Shown here: positions 24,578-36,314 of the stretch, one piece after another
Position numbering within the stretch: position 1 is the first letter of the stretch
How the letters are laid out: each line of letters begins with the position of its first letter
NCBI GenBank assembly: GCA_904063045.1
Contig: CAJFCJ010000006.1
Location: forward strand, 3,550,408-3,614,407
From: Dimorphilus gyrociliatus
Taxonomy: Eukaryota > Animalia > Annelida
Length of the DNA stretch: 64,000 bases
Direction: 5' to 3'
Translations under genes and position numbers: made by a program
The notes under the pieces: model-generated
Seen by the model: the letters and a program-made list of their open reading frames with translations, nothing else
Told to the model about the DNA's origin: nothing
The model's database searches: none

Positions 24578-24992
24578 AAATAATAGACATATTAACAAAA
24601 CTCTTATATCTATTAATAAAGTAACTTAGAAAGTGATTATAGGCTTTATATATCTATTTTTCATTTTAGAAACATAGACAATAAAAAAACATATATTTTA
24701 TTAATTGTATATCCTTAAGTATATATAGTATACTTAATAATAGCAAATAAAAACTATAAAGTGTTAAATGATTGATATTTCATATTGTCTGTCCAAAAGA
24801 ACTAAGTTTGAAATATTCCATATGTAATCGATTTTTTTTTTTTGTAATCTATTCATCTTAATCAGGCCTTTGATAGTAGACCGCTTGAAAAAAGTCCTAT
24901 GCTTCCATATCTTTATATAGCCTTCTCTCTTTTACAGTCCTAGATTTTGACAGTAGTATCGGTTTATTTTTCTATTAAGACCAGGAAAAAGA

Positions 24993-25898
24993 ATGGTAAC
25001 GCTTGGATTTAATTATATAAAGGATATTAAAATACCATTTTTTGGTGTTAGATATTATAATAGGCGATGTGAGTAAAGAAAATTAGCATATATTTGATGA
25101 ATTATTATTATTTTGTTATATATTTATACAGTTAATATTAAACCATGGGCTCTGGATAGTATTCGTTATAACGCTAATATTGCACTTAATATAAAGAACG
25201 GAAAGATTCCACGTCGTGACGTGGATTTTGACCTATTGTTTAGTCTATGGTCTGAATCTAGGGCCGAGTACAACTTTTACCGAGTAACATCACAAGAACA
25301 ACATTTTTTGGATCATTTTATTTACGACCAAAGAATATCGACCTATGGAAAAAGTTCATTTATTTTATTATCTTCCTTAAGGAATCCGAAAACAAAAGAA
25401 ATCTTATTTGAAAATCGCACTTGTTTGGTTGCCGTTGATAAAAAGACAAGACGATCAAGAGAGTTAAGTGATGCGATCTTGAAAACTATCAAGGACGAGG
25501 GCGCTAAGTTTCAACCTAGCAATCGAATTAGTAGGCTTAAGGCTCCATCTGACGTATTTCAATATAAAACAATAGTATCCTGCGAGGAAGTTGATTGGAA
25601 CATGCATGTAAATCAGGCTGATTATGCGAAACTATGTCTCAATTGTGCTTCGATGGCACTCCGTAAGAATTTTTATACATTTTTTAAGGAAGATATTGCT
25701 CATTACCATGCCAAGTACGTAAGAAAATTCCATTCAGGAGAATGTGTAGAAGGAGATGCTCTTCGAATTATTACATGGCAGAATACGTCCCGGCCAGAAA
25801 TAGTATATTTTATAATGTATAATGATGAATCGAACAAACAACTTTGCGAAGTAACAATTGAGTTTTATGCAGACTCATTAAGCTTATCAAAATTGTAG
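24993..25898 (+). CDS. Double-hotdog-fold thioesterase-like protein (acyl-ACP/acyl-CoA thioesterase type)
   Basis: Short first exon from ATG 24993 (MVTLGFNYIK...RR, T|gtgagt) splices in phase to the 25113-25898 ORF. Features NRTCLVAVDKKTRRSREL and second-domain motif EVDWNMHVNQADY (DxNxHVNxxxY). Confidence 0.7.
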
Positions 25899-26005
25899 CT
25901 TACTTTGGAAGACTAATTACACGAAAAACAAGGCGGCTTTCAAAGGAGAAAAAAACCTTAATAATATATAAATATAGTATTAATTAGTGAACAAATTAAA
26001 GTGCT

Positions 26006-28258
26006 CTATTTTGATAGACTAGTTTTTAAGGCAAATTTATCATAAAAATTAATCATTTTCATATCTGTTCTAGGGGTAACAATTTTCAAAGACATTTCTA
26101 GGTGATTTTTAGTAATTTGTTGACTATTATCCCCTATGGCCAATAGGGCTGCTTCTCTAATTATTGCCTCCAATTCTGCTCCAGAATATCCTTCCGTTTT
26201 GGCTACTATCTCAGTTAAGTCTATATCTTCAGATACGCGGGTCTTACTGCAGTGAATCTGTAGGATTTTTAATCTTGTTTCTGAATCTGGTAGGGGAACA
26301 TATATAAGCCTATCTATTCTTCCAGGTCTAAGTAGAGCTGGATCGATTCTGTCAGGTCTGTTTGTTGCAGCTACAATTGTCACATTATCTAAATTTGTTA
26401 CACCGTCAATTTCAGTTAATAATTGAGCTAGAACACGATCTGAGACATCGGTAGAACTTGATGACCCTTCGGACGATCTTTTACTACCGATAGCGTCAAT
26501 TTCATCAAAGAAAACTATTGCTGGTGCAGCTTGCCTGGCCTTTTGAAATAGTTGCCTTACGGCTCTTTCTGATTCGCCTACCCACTTTGAAAGGAGCTCT
26601 GGTCCTTTAACTGCTAGAAAATTTAAATTTGTTTCATTAGCTAAAGCTTTAGCTGTTAAAGTTTTTGAACAACCAGGGGGCCCAAACATTAACAATCCTC
26701 TAGGGGGCTTGATACCAAGCTTTTGGAATGCTTCCCTCCTCGTAATAGGCCATTCTACGGCTTGTTTTAATTTTAGCTTCAGAGTATCTTGACCGCCAAT
26801 ATCGCTCCATCTAGTGTCTGGAACGGAAACGATTATCTCTCTTATGGCTGATGGTTTGATAAGATTTAAAGAAAATACTATGTCTTCTTTTTTCAATTTT
26901 CTATTGCTTTTTAGAGCTGAAAAACGAGCGTCCTTAATAACTGCTACTAAATCAGATCCAACGTAACCGTGAGCCCTCTTGGAAATCTCTTCAATATCAA
27001 ACTCCTCATAGTCCTTTATTTTAGAAAGCAGTCCTTGCAATATTTCTTTCCTATCTCTTTCATTGGGAACTGGTATTTCAATTTCATATTCCAATCTGCC
27101 TGCTCTTCGTAAGGATATATCTATTTCGTCAGTCTTATTACTAGTGGCTATAACGAGAACTGGCGAAGATGTCGTTGTAATTGAGTCCATTTCTGTTACC
27201 AGAACCGAAACAATTCTCTTGAGAACGTTTTCCGACTCCTTCTTTGCGCATATTACATTTATATCATCTATTAAAATAACAGATGGTGAATTTGTTCGAG
27301 CTTCGTTAAAATACGCTTTAACTTTAGATTCAGATTCGCCTTGATACTTGCTTAAGATATCTCCTGAACTAAACTGAACTTTATAAATATCCTTAGATTG
27401 AAGGTGTCTTAAAAAAGCCTTAGCGATCAACGTTTTCCCCGTTCCAGAAGGTCCATGCAATAGAATTCCAGAAGGAAGAATAGATGTATGTTGCTTTTCT
27501 AACAATTTACCAAATTCAACAAGTTTATCTTTCACATCGGCTAATCCGCCAATATCTTCGAAACTTAAGTCTGTAGAGTGTTCTTTTTCAGTTTTACGAA
27601 TAGTTTCGTTAATGAATACAGTATCCGAGCAAACTCGATAGTATTTCTCGTCTTCTAGTGAAAGATTCTGAAAAATCCTAAGTCCCCTAATATCTTTAAT
27701 ACAAACAGAAAGAGGAACTCCTAAGTACATCAAATTCATAGATAAATCCTTATTGACGTATTCGTCGTATAAAGTAATTTTAAGAAAACTACTAACTCCA
27801 TCGAACCAATCTTTATTGGTATTTGTATTTTCTTTATTAAGTGTCCAATAAATTTTTCCTGCTAATGGAATATGCTGTGAATAAGATCGGAGACTTATCA
27901 TGTCCTTTTTTATTTGAAATTTATAAGCGAATTTTGAATGAACTTGAACGGATGTTAAAGTCGGTAGACTATTTTTATTCCAAATATTACATAAGAATTT
28001 ATTATTTACCAAAACTGGTCTACCAATTCGAAATTTGCAGTGCCTCATTATTACTGGAGTAGCATATATTACTTTTTCATTTTCAACATCTCCTGTTGTT
28101 AGTTTAGCATTCAATTCATAGCTATCAATAAAAGAGTGATCATATTCTTTTCTAGATTTTCCACAAACTGATTTGTGATTGTCAACATCCCTTGTGCTAA
28201 TCGTTATTGCACAGTTCTGGCATTCTTGTAAAGACTCTGTTTTTGATTGTTTCTTCAT
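26006..28258 (-). CDS. SPATA5: Spermatogenesis-associated protein 5 / AFG2 double AAA+ ATPase (pre-60S maturation), intronless CDS
   Basis: D1 GPSGTGKT...RRAGRLEYEIEIPVP; D2 GPPGCSKT, KGPELLSKWVGESERAV, FFDEIDA, DRVLAQLLTEIDG, LRPGRIDRLIYVPLPD. The first ATG is at 28258; the ORF-track start at 28288 is TTG. Confidence 0.88.
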   Translation of the reverse strand: MKKQSKTESLQECQNCAITISTRDVDNHKSVCGKSRKEYDHSFIDSYELNAKLTTGDVENEKVIYATPVIMRHCKFRIGRPVLVNNKFLCNIWNKNSLPTLTSVQVHSKFAYKFQIKKDMISLRSYSQHIPLAGKIYWTLNKENTNTNKDWFDGVSSFLKITLYDEYVNKDLSMNLMYLGVPLSVCIKDIRGLRIFQNLSLEDEKYYRVCSDTVFINETIRKTEKEHSTDLSFEDIGGLADVKDKLVEFGKLLEKQHTSILPSGILLHGPSGTGKTLIAKAFLRHLQSKDIYKVQFSSGDILSKYQGESESKVKAYFNEARTNSPSVILIDDINVICAKKESENVLKRIVSVLVTEMDSITTTSSPVLVIATSNKTDEIDISLRRAGRLEYEIEIPVPNERDRKEILQGLLSKIKDYEEFDIEEISKRAHGYVGSDLVAVIKDARFSALKSNRKLKKEDIVFSLNLIKPSAIREIIVSVPDTRWSDIGGQDTLKLKLKQAVEWPITRREAFQKLGIKPPRGLLMFGPPGCSKTLTAKALANETNLNFLAVKGPELLSKWVGESERAVRQLFQKARQAAPAIVFFDEIDAIGSKRSSEGSSSSTDVSDRVLAQLLTEIDGVTNLDNVTIVAATNRPDRIDPALLRPGRIDRLIYVPLPDSETRLKILQIHCSKTRVSEDIDLTEIVAKTEGYSGAELEAIIREAALLAIGDNSQQITKNHLEMSLKIVTPRTDMKMINFYDKFALKTSLSK

Positions 28259-28745
28259 ATCGTACGCTTTCCTCTTGCAAACAAGCAAGTTAATTAATGA
28301 TAAAATAATTATTTGTTTTATAAAGATTCATCAGATATTCATTCAATTCGTTCTAAAACAGTTTCTTATAAATAAGAAAAACACGTGCCGAAAAACATAA
28401 TATGATACGAAATTCAGAAATATCAGTATATATTAAAGGAATGTAGACAATTCTTTAAGGTGGCGCTCTCTATCCATCGATTATAAATTATAGAGAACTG
28501 CAGATTAAAGTTTTCATACTGTCTTTAGATCCTAGATCAATAATTTAATAAATAAAGTGTCAAAGGAAATTAAGAGACAACGAAGAAAGTAGAAATATTC
28601 TTTTTTAGTTTAAAAGAAGTGAGAAGAATCTAACTGATTTAGGTTAAGAATTCCCATACTTAATTACAATACTCATATGAGAATGAGCAATTAAAAATTC
28701 ATCAATATTTAGTTAGCTTCTCTCATAGTTTTCAATTGTTCCATA

Positions 28746-28997
28746 ATGGCTCTGAACACTTCTGAAATTCTTTTCCTAATTACCGGAGTCCTTTGTGGAC
28801 TTGTTTTGGTTCTTGGAGCAATTTACGCTTATATTTACTATTACAAAATACGTCCCAGGAAGAATACTAGCTCCGAGGCGGTAATTGGTCGTGTAGGAGA
28901 TAGAAATGGTAGAACATCGAACGTGAGTAATATTTCAAAGGATACCATTAATGTTTTCCCTTTTTTGGGAAAACTTAAGATCAAGCGTTCCAAATAA
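28746..28997 (+). CDS. Small single-pass membrane protein (~64-83 aa)
   Basis: MALNTSEILFLITGVLCGLVLVLGAIYAYIYYYKIRPRK: a ~25 aa hydrophobic helix followed by a basic stop-transfer segment. Strong donor AAC|gtgagt at 28923, possible acceptor at 28979. Divergent from SPATA5. Confidence 0.6.
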   Translation: MALNTSEILFLITGVLCGLVLVLGAIYAYIYYYKIRPRKNTSSEAVIGRVGDRNGRTSNVSNISKDTINVFPFLGKLKIKRSK

Positions 28998-29392
28998 GAC
29001 TAAATTTTTCAAGAAATATAAGAAGATACCTCTCTACATGAATAGAATAGTCGCTTAAAAAATTAATTAGCATAAATTGCTCTTTGAATGTAAGAAATGT
29101 TTACGTTTCTTTTTTTAAATATTCTGTTCAAAAGTGCTTCCTTCTCCTTAACAATGTAGATTGCTTCTTAAAAGGAAAAAAGTTCTCTGAATCTCATGAA
29201 AAATCCAACAGTTTTTTCCAATGCATACTTTGTCTAATCAATTGCAAATTAATAAAGTTCTTTTAATAGAATACACCATTGTTTTAAAAAAAACTCATTT
29301 TCAGTTATTTTATTCTTTAGCGAAGTTATTTAAGTTTTAACTAGACGACATCTAGTGCATAAATGAGTTTTATGATTCATACTACATCCAAA

Positions 29393-32300
29393 ATGGCGGA
29401 TCAGTGTGATGACGACGATCAATTAACAGAAGATGCTATATTACATGCTGCAATAACATTTGATGATGAAGTAAAGGATGCTATCCAACAGGTCTATTTG
29501 TTATATAAAAAATTTCGTTTCTATCTTCTTATATATAATATATTTTAACGAAAATTTAAAATATAGGCGAATTTTTGTAACGTTCTTTATATTTGATGCA
29601 CTATATTCAAAATAAAAATACAATCGACAGGTTATTCCAGTTTTTGATTCTTTGGACAAACCAGATTTTAATGCTGTAGAGTATATAAATACGCTATTCC
29701 CCAGTGAGCAATCTCTGGTTAACATTGATGATGTTATCCACCAAGAACAGCGAAAACTCAAGTACGATCATTTTTCTTGAGTATATTTAATGAAATTTAA
29801 TATCTAAAAATCAAAATCGATATTTAAATCAATTATTTGCAAAAGTAAGAAATTGAATTGAATTGTCAAGAAGAGCTAGAAGTGCTGTTTTTCATATCTA
29901 TTTCTTTAGTAACTCTAGAAATTATCTTTCATTTTTAGGAAACTTGACATTGAAATCTTAGGCGTTGTTAGGAGTGATGTAAATGGAGCTGAGCGTGGCA
30001 AAGAAACCTTATTTGAAGCTCAACGAACAATTAGGGAACTTTTTACTAAAATTGCTGATATAAAAGGGAAAGCTGAAAAAAGTGAGAGAATGGTAAAAGA
30101 AATAACAAGAGATATCAAACAATTAGACAATGCAAAAAGGCATTTAACCATAGCAATAACTGTTTTAAACCATGTAAGAATGCTCGTAGAAGGTGTTGAC
30201 CAATTGTCTCATCTAACTCAAAGAAGAGAATACAAAGAAGCAGCAAAACTTCTTCAAGGTGTAATTCATGTTTTCGAACATTTACAACGTTACATGGACA
30301 TTCCACAAATTAGCGAACTTGCTAAACGGTTTGTGTTTTGTACTTCTATTAAAACTATAAAATGAAGTTAATTACTTAAACAGAGAGGATTCCATTAAGA
30401 CGCAATTAGCTTTACAAATAAGAGAAGATTTTGAGAGGGCTTTTAAGGGACCAGCTTCTAAAGTAATTTAATGTTTTTTCAAAACTAAATCAATATAAAT
30501 TTCTATTTTACTCCATAAAAGCTATTACAACAACAACAACTCATTATGGAAGCTTGTAAAATATTAGACGTTCTTGACCAAAAAGTAAAATCTGATATTC
30601 TATCTTGGTTTGTAAAATTACAATTAGAGGAATACGCGATACTATTCTCAGAGGAACAAGATGTAAGGAACTTGTTTTTTTATTTATTATTACTAACGTC
30701 TCTTTCGATTTTTTTCATATTATAAAACTATAGGATGCTTGGCTAGATAAAATTGACAAAAGATATACGTGGATAAAACGTAAACTTGTCGATTTTGAAG
30801 ATAAATTAGGGAAATGGTTTCCGATTCATTGGTATGTCGGAGAACGCATGTGTGTAGAATTTTGTAATCAGACTAGAAGAGAACTATCGAAAATTATGAG
30901 CAGGAGGGTAAATGATATTGATATGAAATTATTGCTGTTTGCTGTTCAGAGAACTTCTGTTTTTGAACAATTGTGTGCTAAACGTTATCCTGGAAGTACT
31001 ATTGTAACAGCTGCGGCTGCAACTGGTATAACATCGCCCTTGTCACCTACGAATCCATTCTTGGATCCTGAAGAAGAACCAGCTGCTTCCACAGTTCCCA
31101 CGCCAAGAACATCTACTCATCCTTTTATTGGTGTTATATCCCGCTGCTTTGAACCTCATTTAAATATTTATATAGAGTATCAGAATAAGTAAGTTTTTTT
31201 ATTATGCTATGTATGAAAATAGTAAAAGACCTTGAGATCATTCTCAAGAATTCTCCAAAATATTAAAAATAGGCACCAGATGGCATAAAATTCCTTATCT
31301 AAATATACTGTATATATAATAACAAAATAAGAATGAAAATGCAATTTATTGATGTTTTGTTTCTTTGCAGGAGTCTTTCAGAATTAATTGACCGATTCGT
31401 ATCGGATTTAAAAGCTCAAAGTCAACGGAAAGCTACCGACGAATCTTCAAATATATTGCCAAGTTGCGCCGACTTATTCGTCTATTATAAACAATGTATG
31501 CAGCAATGTTCTCAGTTGTCAAATGGCGAACCGATGCTTCAATTAGCTCTAACATTTGGAAAATATTTAAAAGAATACGCTTACAAAGTTTTAATGACAA
31601 ATTTACCAAGGTGAACAATTAAGAATCAATGTTTATTAGTGAATTTTATAGACAATATCGAAATTGATCGGAAAATTGTAGTGTTAAATCGATTTAAAAA
31701 GTTTTATGGCTATTTTACTTGCACTTAATAGAGGTTAATTATAAAAGCAGAAAAAACTATAAATATTTTCTTTTCAACAGTAATAGCGGAAAGAGTAACA
31801 CCAGCACAGCAAGTCTTCTGCAATCAATTCTAAAAGAGGGTGAATCATGGAATAAATTAACAGAATATGAACAGTGGAAAACTTGCTCCCTGCTATGCAC
31901 AGCAGAGTATTGTTTGGAAACAACCCAGCAATTGGAATCAAAGTTGAAAGAGAAAATTGATCCAAACCTGAATGAAAAAGTTCAGTTTGGTCAAGAAATA
32001 GATGCTTTTCATTCGGTCATTAAATGCGCCATTGAAATACTTGTACACGATGTTGAAAATGTCTGCGAGCCAGCTTTAACTGCTATGACAAAACTGCAAT
32101 GGTTTAACGTAGAATCTGTTGGGGATCAGTCAGCCTATATAACTTCCATATGTAACCATTTGAAAAACAATGTGCCAATTATCAGGGAGAATTTATCAGC
32201 TTCTAGGAAATATTTTACGCAATTCTGTATTAAGCTGGTTTCGTCGTTCACCCCACGTTTTATTGGTTCTATGTTGAAATGCAAGCCTATCAGTGAAATC

Positions 32301-32806
32301 GGAGCTGAACAGCTGCTGTTAGATACGCATTCTTTGAAAACGCTACTATTGGATTTACCGTCGATTGGAAGTCAGGTGGCAAGAAAGGCACCCTCTAGCT
32401 ATACAAGAATAGTCTTGAAGGGAATGTTTAAAGCCGAAATGATTCTAAAGTTAATCATGGCACCTCACACTTCAAATAGTTCTTTTGTCGACAATTACGC
32501 TAAATTTTTACCAGAAAGTGACGTACAAGAATTACATAAAGTTCTCGATATGAAGGTAAGGAATAAATGAAATTACATATTTCTTTATATCATGCAATGA
32601 ATATTAAATAATAAAAAAGTTAATTAATTTTTCCATAGGGTATTAAGAGAGCTGACCAGGCGGCCATAGTAGAAATTTATAAATCACGCAATCCTACAGC
32701 TGCCACCGTTCAACCAGTTAGACCTACTAATCATAATTCTGGACAAGAATCCAGCAGAATAAAAAGACTGGAGAAATTAATAAATAAAATAACAGTTGTT
32801 AATTAA
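29393..32806 (+). CDS. VPS53: Vacuolar protein sorting 53 (GARP/EARP subunit)
   Basis: About 9 exons: [108 protein letters not shown], and C-terminal [10 protein letters not shown]. Confidence 0.96.
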
Positions 32807-33235
32807 TTTTAATAATTTATTTCAATATATTTTAATAATTATTTATTTCAATAACAAAATTTCAAAAAAAAAGAAGAAAAGAGAAAACGTTTTACAGTCC
32901 CAGTTTATAAATAAGATTAATAAAAAATAATTGATATCTTGCCTAATTTCAATTTCTAGTTTATATTTCAGTATAAACTAAATGATTAGTAGATATTATT
33001 ATAAAAGTTTTATGTATTTATTGGACTTTGCGGTTTTAACCGACATAGATTCCCTCTGCAACTCAGGTTTATGAAAATAATTCTTTATAATTGCGTATAT
33101 AAAACATAATTAAACGTATTAAAGGGTATAAATATACTTATATATATTGTTACTTAATTGTATATAAATAATGGGTAGATAGATATACAAAAGGTAAATA
33201 TTTCGTAAAAGTATGATTGCTTTTATGTACATGGA

Positions 33236-36200
33236 CTAGACGTAGCCGTCGTCTTCGTTGTTATCTGCAGCTTTAGTCGACGAGGTGGGCGGACTATTCT
33301 CGCGATATTCCTCATTTGTTATCACATCTTGATTCTCTTCCTCAACTATTGCAGGCTTCTCTGAGGGAAGGGAGCGCGAATAAGGCCTTTGTTCCGAAGC
33401 CGTCGAAATACGGCTGGTTTGATTTGAACGTTTTTTATTAGTTTTATCTAATAGAGCCGTCATTGAGAATTTTCGCAAGAATTTCCTAGCATCTGTCTTA
33501 TCTGTTACCGACGTGCTGATAAAAGCTAGAGCTTCGGCTTTAGGCTCGACGGGCTCCTCTTTCTTCTCTATATCACCGAATGGCAAGAGGGCTAATAAAT
33601 CTTCGGATAGGGGACCAACTGGTGGAACGGGTATTGATAAGAGTTGTTCCAAACGAGCGATTTCCTGATCAAGCTAGAAAAAAGTTATATGTGGCGAAAG
33701 GGTTGCAATTTGTTTAGAGGCAATGAAGCTGAAAAAGAGAGAGAGAAAGAGAGATGGGGGAGAAAAAGTAACTAACCTGAACTAATTGACGCTTGTAAAC
33801 TCTATTCTGAACTTGTGCTCTGTAGTAAACTTCCTGCTTGTCGTCAACCATGAAACGCCTCGTGTTCGCCTCTACCGTAATGCCGGTCGACGCAATAACC
33901 GGATTTCCGTTATGCCTGATTATGGCGTAGACCTGCGTAGGCACTTAGTAAATTACGCAATACTTTCTAGCAATTTACCGAATTGTTCCGTTCGCCAAAC
34001 ATCTGACATTTACTCAAATTGATATTGTTTACTTAGGAATATACAATTACTACCTCCCCGACTAATGTGCCGCACACTTTTCTACCAAGAGCCTTCCCGC
34101 TATGCATTCCCTTGTCAGTAAACAATAATCTTTGCCCTATTAATTGAAGTATACATACTGACCTTAGGAAGGAAGAGTAGAGCCAATGAGGAAGTAGTAG
34201 AGACGACGATTAAGCCGCTAACGACGGCGTAACACAGGGTCGGCCTGCAGGGGGGGCAACAATAAGGGAAAATTCCTTTTTTGATAAAGGGAAGGAAGGA
34301 AGGAAGGAAGAGAGATATAGAGACACAGAGAGTGTGTGAGAGAGAGAGAGAGAGAGAGAGACTCGCCTATCGGCCAATAAACTGGATAGAGCAACAACTA
34401 TAGCGCTCGTTAGTACAACGTTATATACGTTCATTCCTATATAGTGAGAATCATTTAAGGCGGGTATTTTTACTCTTCGAGTTTCCCAAGCCATATATAC
34501 ACCAAAAATCAGTAGTACTCCCTTGTAGGCGTATAAGGCTCCCAGCCAAGTATCTGAGTGTTCACTGTCGCAGTGCGATATCCGATAAATGTAGGTTACA
34601 TCTCCTTCTTCCGACTGCTCAACCATTTTAAACAAATAGGAGTAAGAAGGATGAGATAAAAAGAGGAAAATAAGAATAATAGACCATAAAAAAATAAGAA
34701 CAATTAGATTAGTGTACCGTACCTCTCTTGTAAAGTTGTTAGTCCTTCTCTTCATCGGATCAACAGCCACCCAAAGAGCGATGATTGCGCAATCGATAAA
34801 TAGTAGTCCAGTAATTATCGTAAGCAACTGCTTATCTTTCAGCAACTGCAGAACACGTATCAAGTAAATTATTCGATTGTTCGCAAAAATCTTTTCAGGC
34901 AATTAATCCTGAACACCTGAGTAGAATAACAAAGAGATATAAAAAAGGTCGAAAAGGGAAACATTCATTGAATCCAATTAGTCTGCTTTCCTTTCTTTTT
35001 TATAGCCATTCTCTCTTTTTTTTTCAACCTAATAAGATACTATTTTTAAATGATACATTATATTTATAGTTGTATTATTAATGAATATTTATATAAAAGC
35101 TCCCTTTGTGTCTCTAGAGACAATACTAAAATATATAAATAGAATTTACTACGTTTTTATAGTAATAAGTAGCCCATTGTTAAACTTTATGCATATTATT
35201 ATAAATAGATATAGTCTTATATTTATTCCTAATTTACCTTTTATATTGGTCGAGTACGAAAATATTCTTGGAGTTTTATGTTTTGTCCTTATTTTTAATA
35301 AAAAGAGGAAAAATCATTTCTGGTTATTCCCCATGATAATAAGTCGAAAAGTCAACGTGCCTTGGAGACTTACTCTTGCAATAGAAACGCAGTTGTTCCA
35401 CCTAATTAAGCTTTCTTGGCTATAAAGAAAGTTCTTTTTATGAATCCTTCTCATTGTGATTAATTAATCGACCTATTTCCTTTTTCTCTATTATTTTATG
35501 CCAGCGCAAGAATGAGATTAATGAGTGAGGAATAACCGAGAAAAAGATTTGTTAGGAACAAGATTTTTAGCTGATTTATGTACCTTGCTCTTAATAACTC
35601 CACTGTGAGCCCTTGTAAAAATCTGGTGAACCCGATAAGTTTTCGTAAACATCGCACCAAACGCCGCCGAGAAACCGGCCGCCAGCAAGAAGGCTCTCGT
35701 CTGTAAAAAATATCTCTAAATACCGTTGTATTTCAAAAGGCATAGATATAAAGAAAAAGACTGTCTTCTTTAGTCTTTTCCTTTGTTTTTTTATTGCCTC
35801 TTACCGAGCAAATTATTGGAAAATATTCATCTTTTACGCTACCATCGTCCAATCCGAATAATATCACTGACGTATACACAAGTATACATCCTGCAAGAGC
35901 CATATCGTTTAACTTCGGGCTGGATAATTTGATGTATCTGCCAACAGAAATCAACGCATTCCGTTAGAGATTTCTCTTAACTACCTAATCGAATCGGCTT
36001 GTATATAGTGGCAGCAATGGGCGAGCGGATCGCAATAATTTCCCAATGGAAACGCGAAATCCTTATTATAGGCCTAAAAAATGCGAAGTGCGCTCTTTCC
36101 TCCGCTTTCCTCTTTAGTTTTCCTTTTTTTTCTGTCTCTACGACTCTCCTTACAATTTACTTTAAAAGAAAAAAAAATATTCCCTTTTTTTTATTTACTT

Positions 36201-36262
36201 TTATTCATAAAGTGAGATGATATTTGATCAGGTAGATAAGAAAGGATAGAGCTAGATAGAAT

Positions 36263-36314
<52 letters not shown>

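Noticed and set aside
19762-25898. P450 + methyltransferase + DUF547 + thioesterase as a biosynthetic gene cluster
   Set aside because: The methyltransferase is clearly LCMT1, a protein (PP2A) methyltransferase, and no scaffold synthase is present. The resemblance is superficial.
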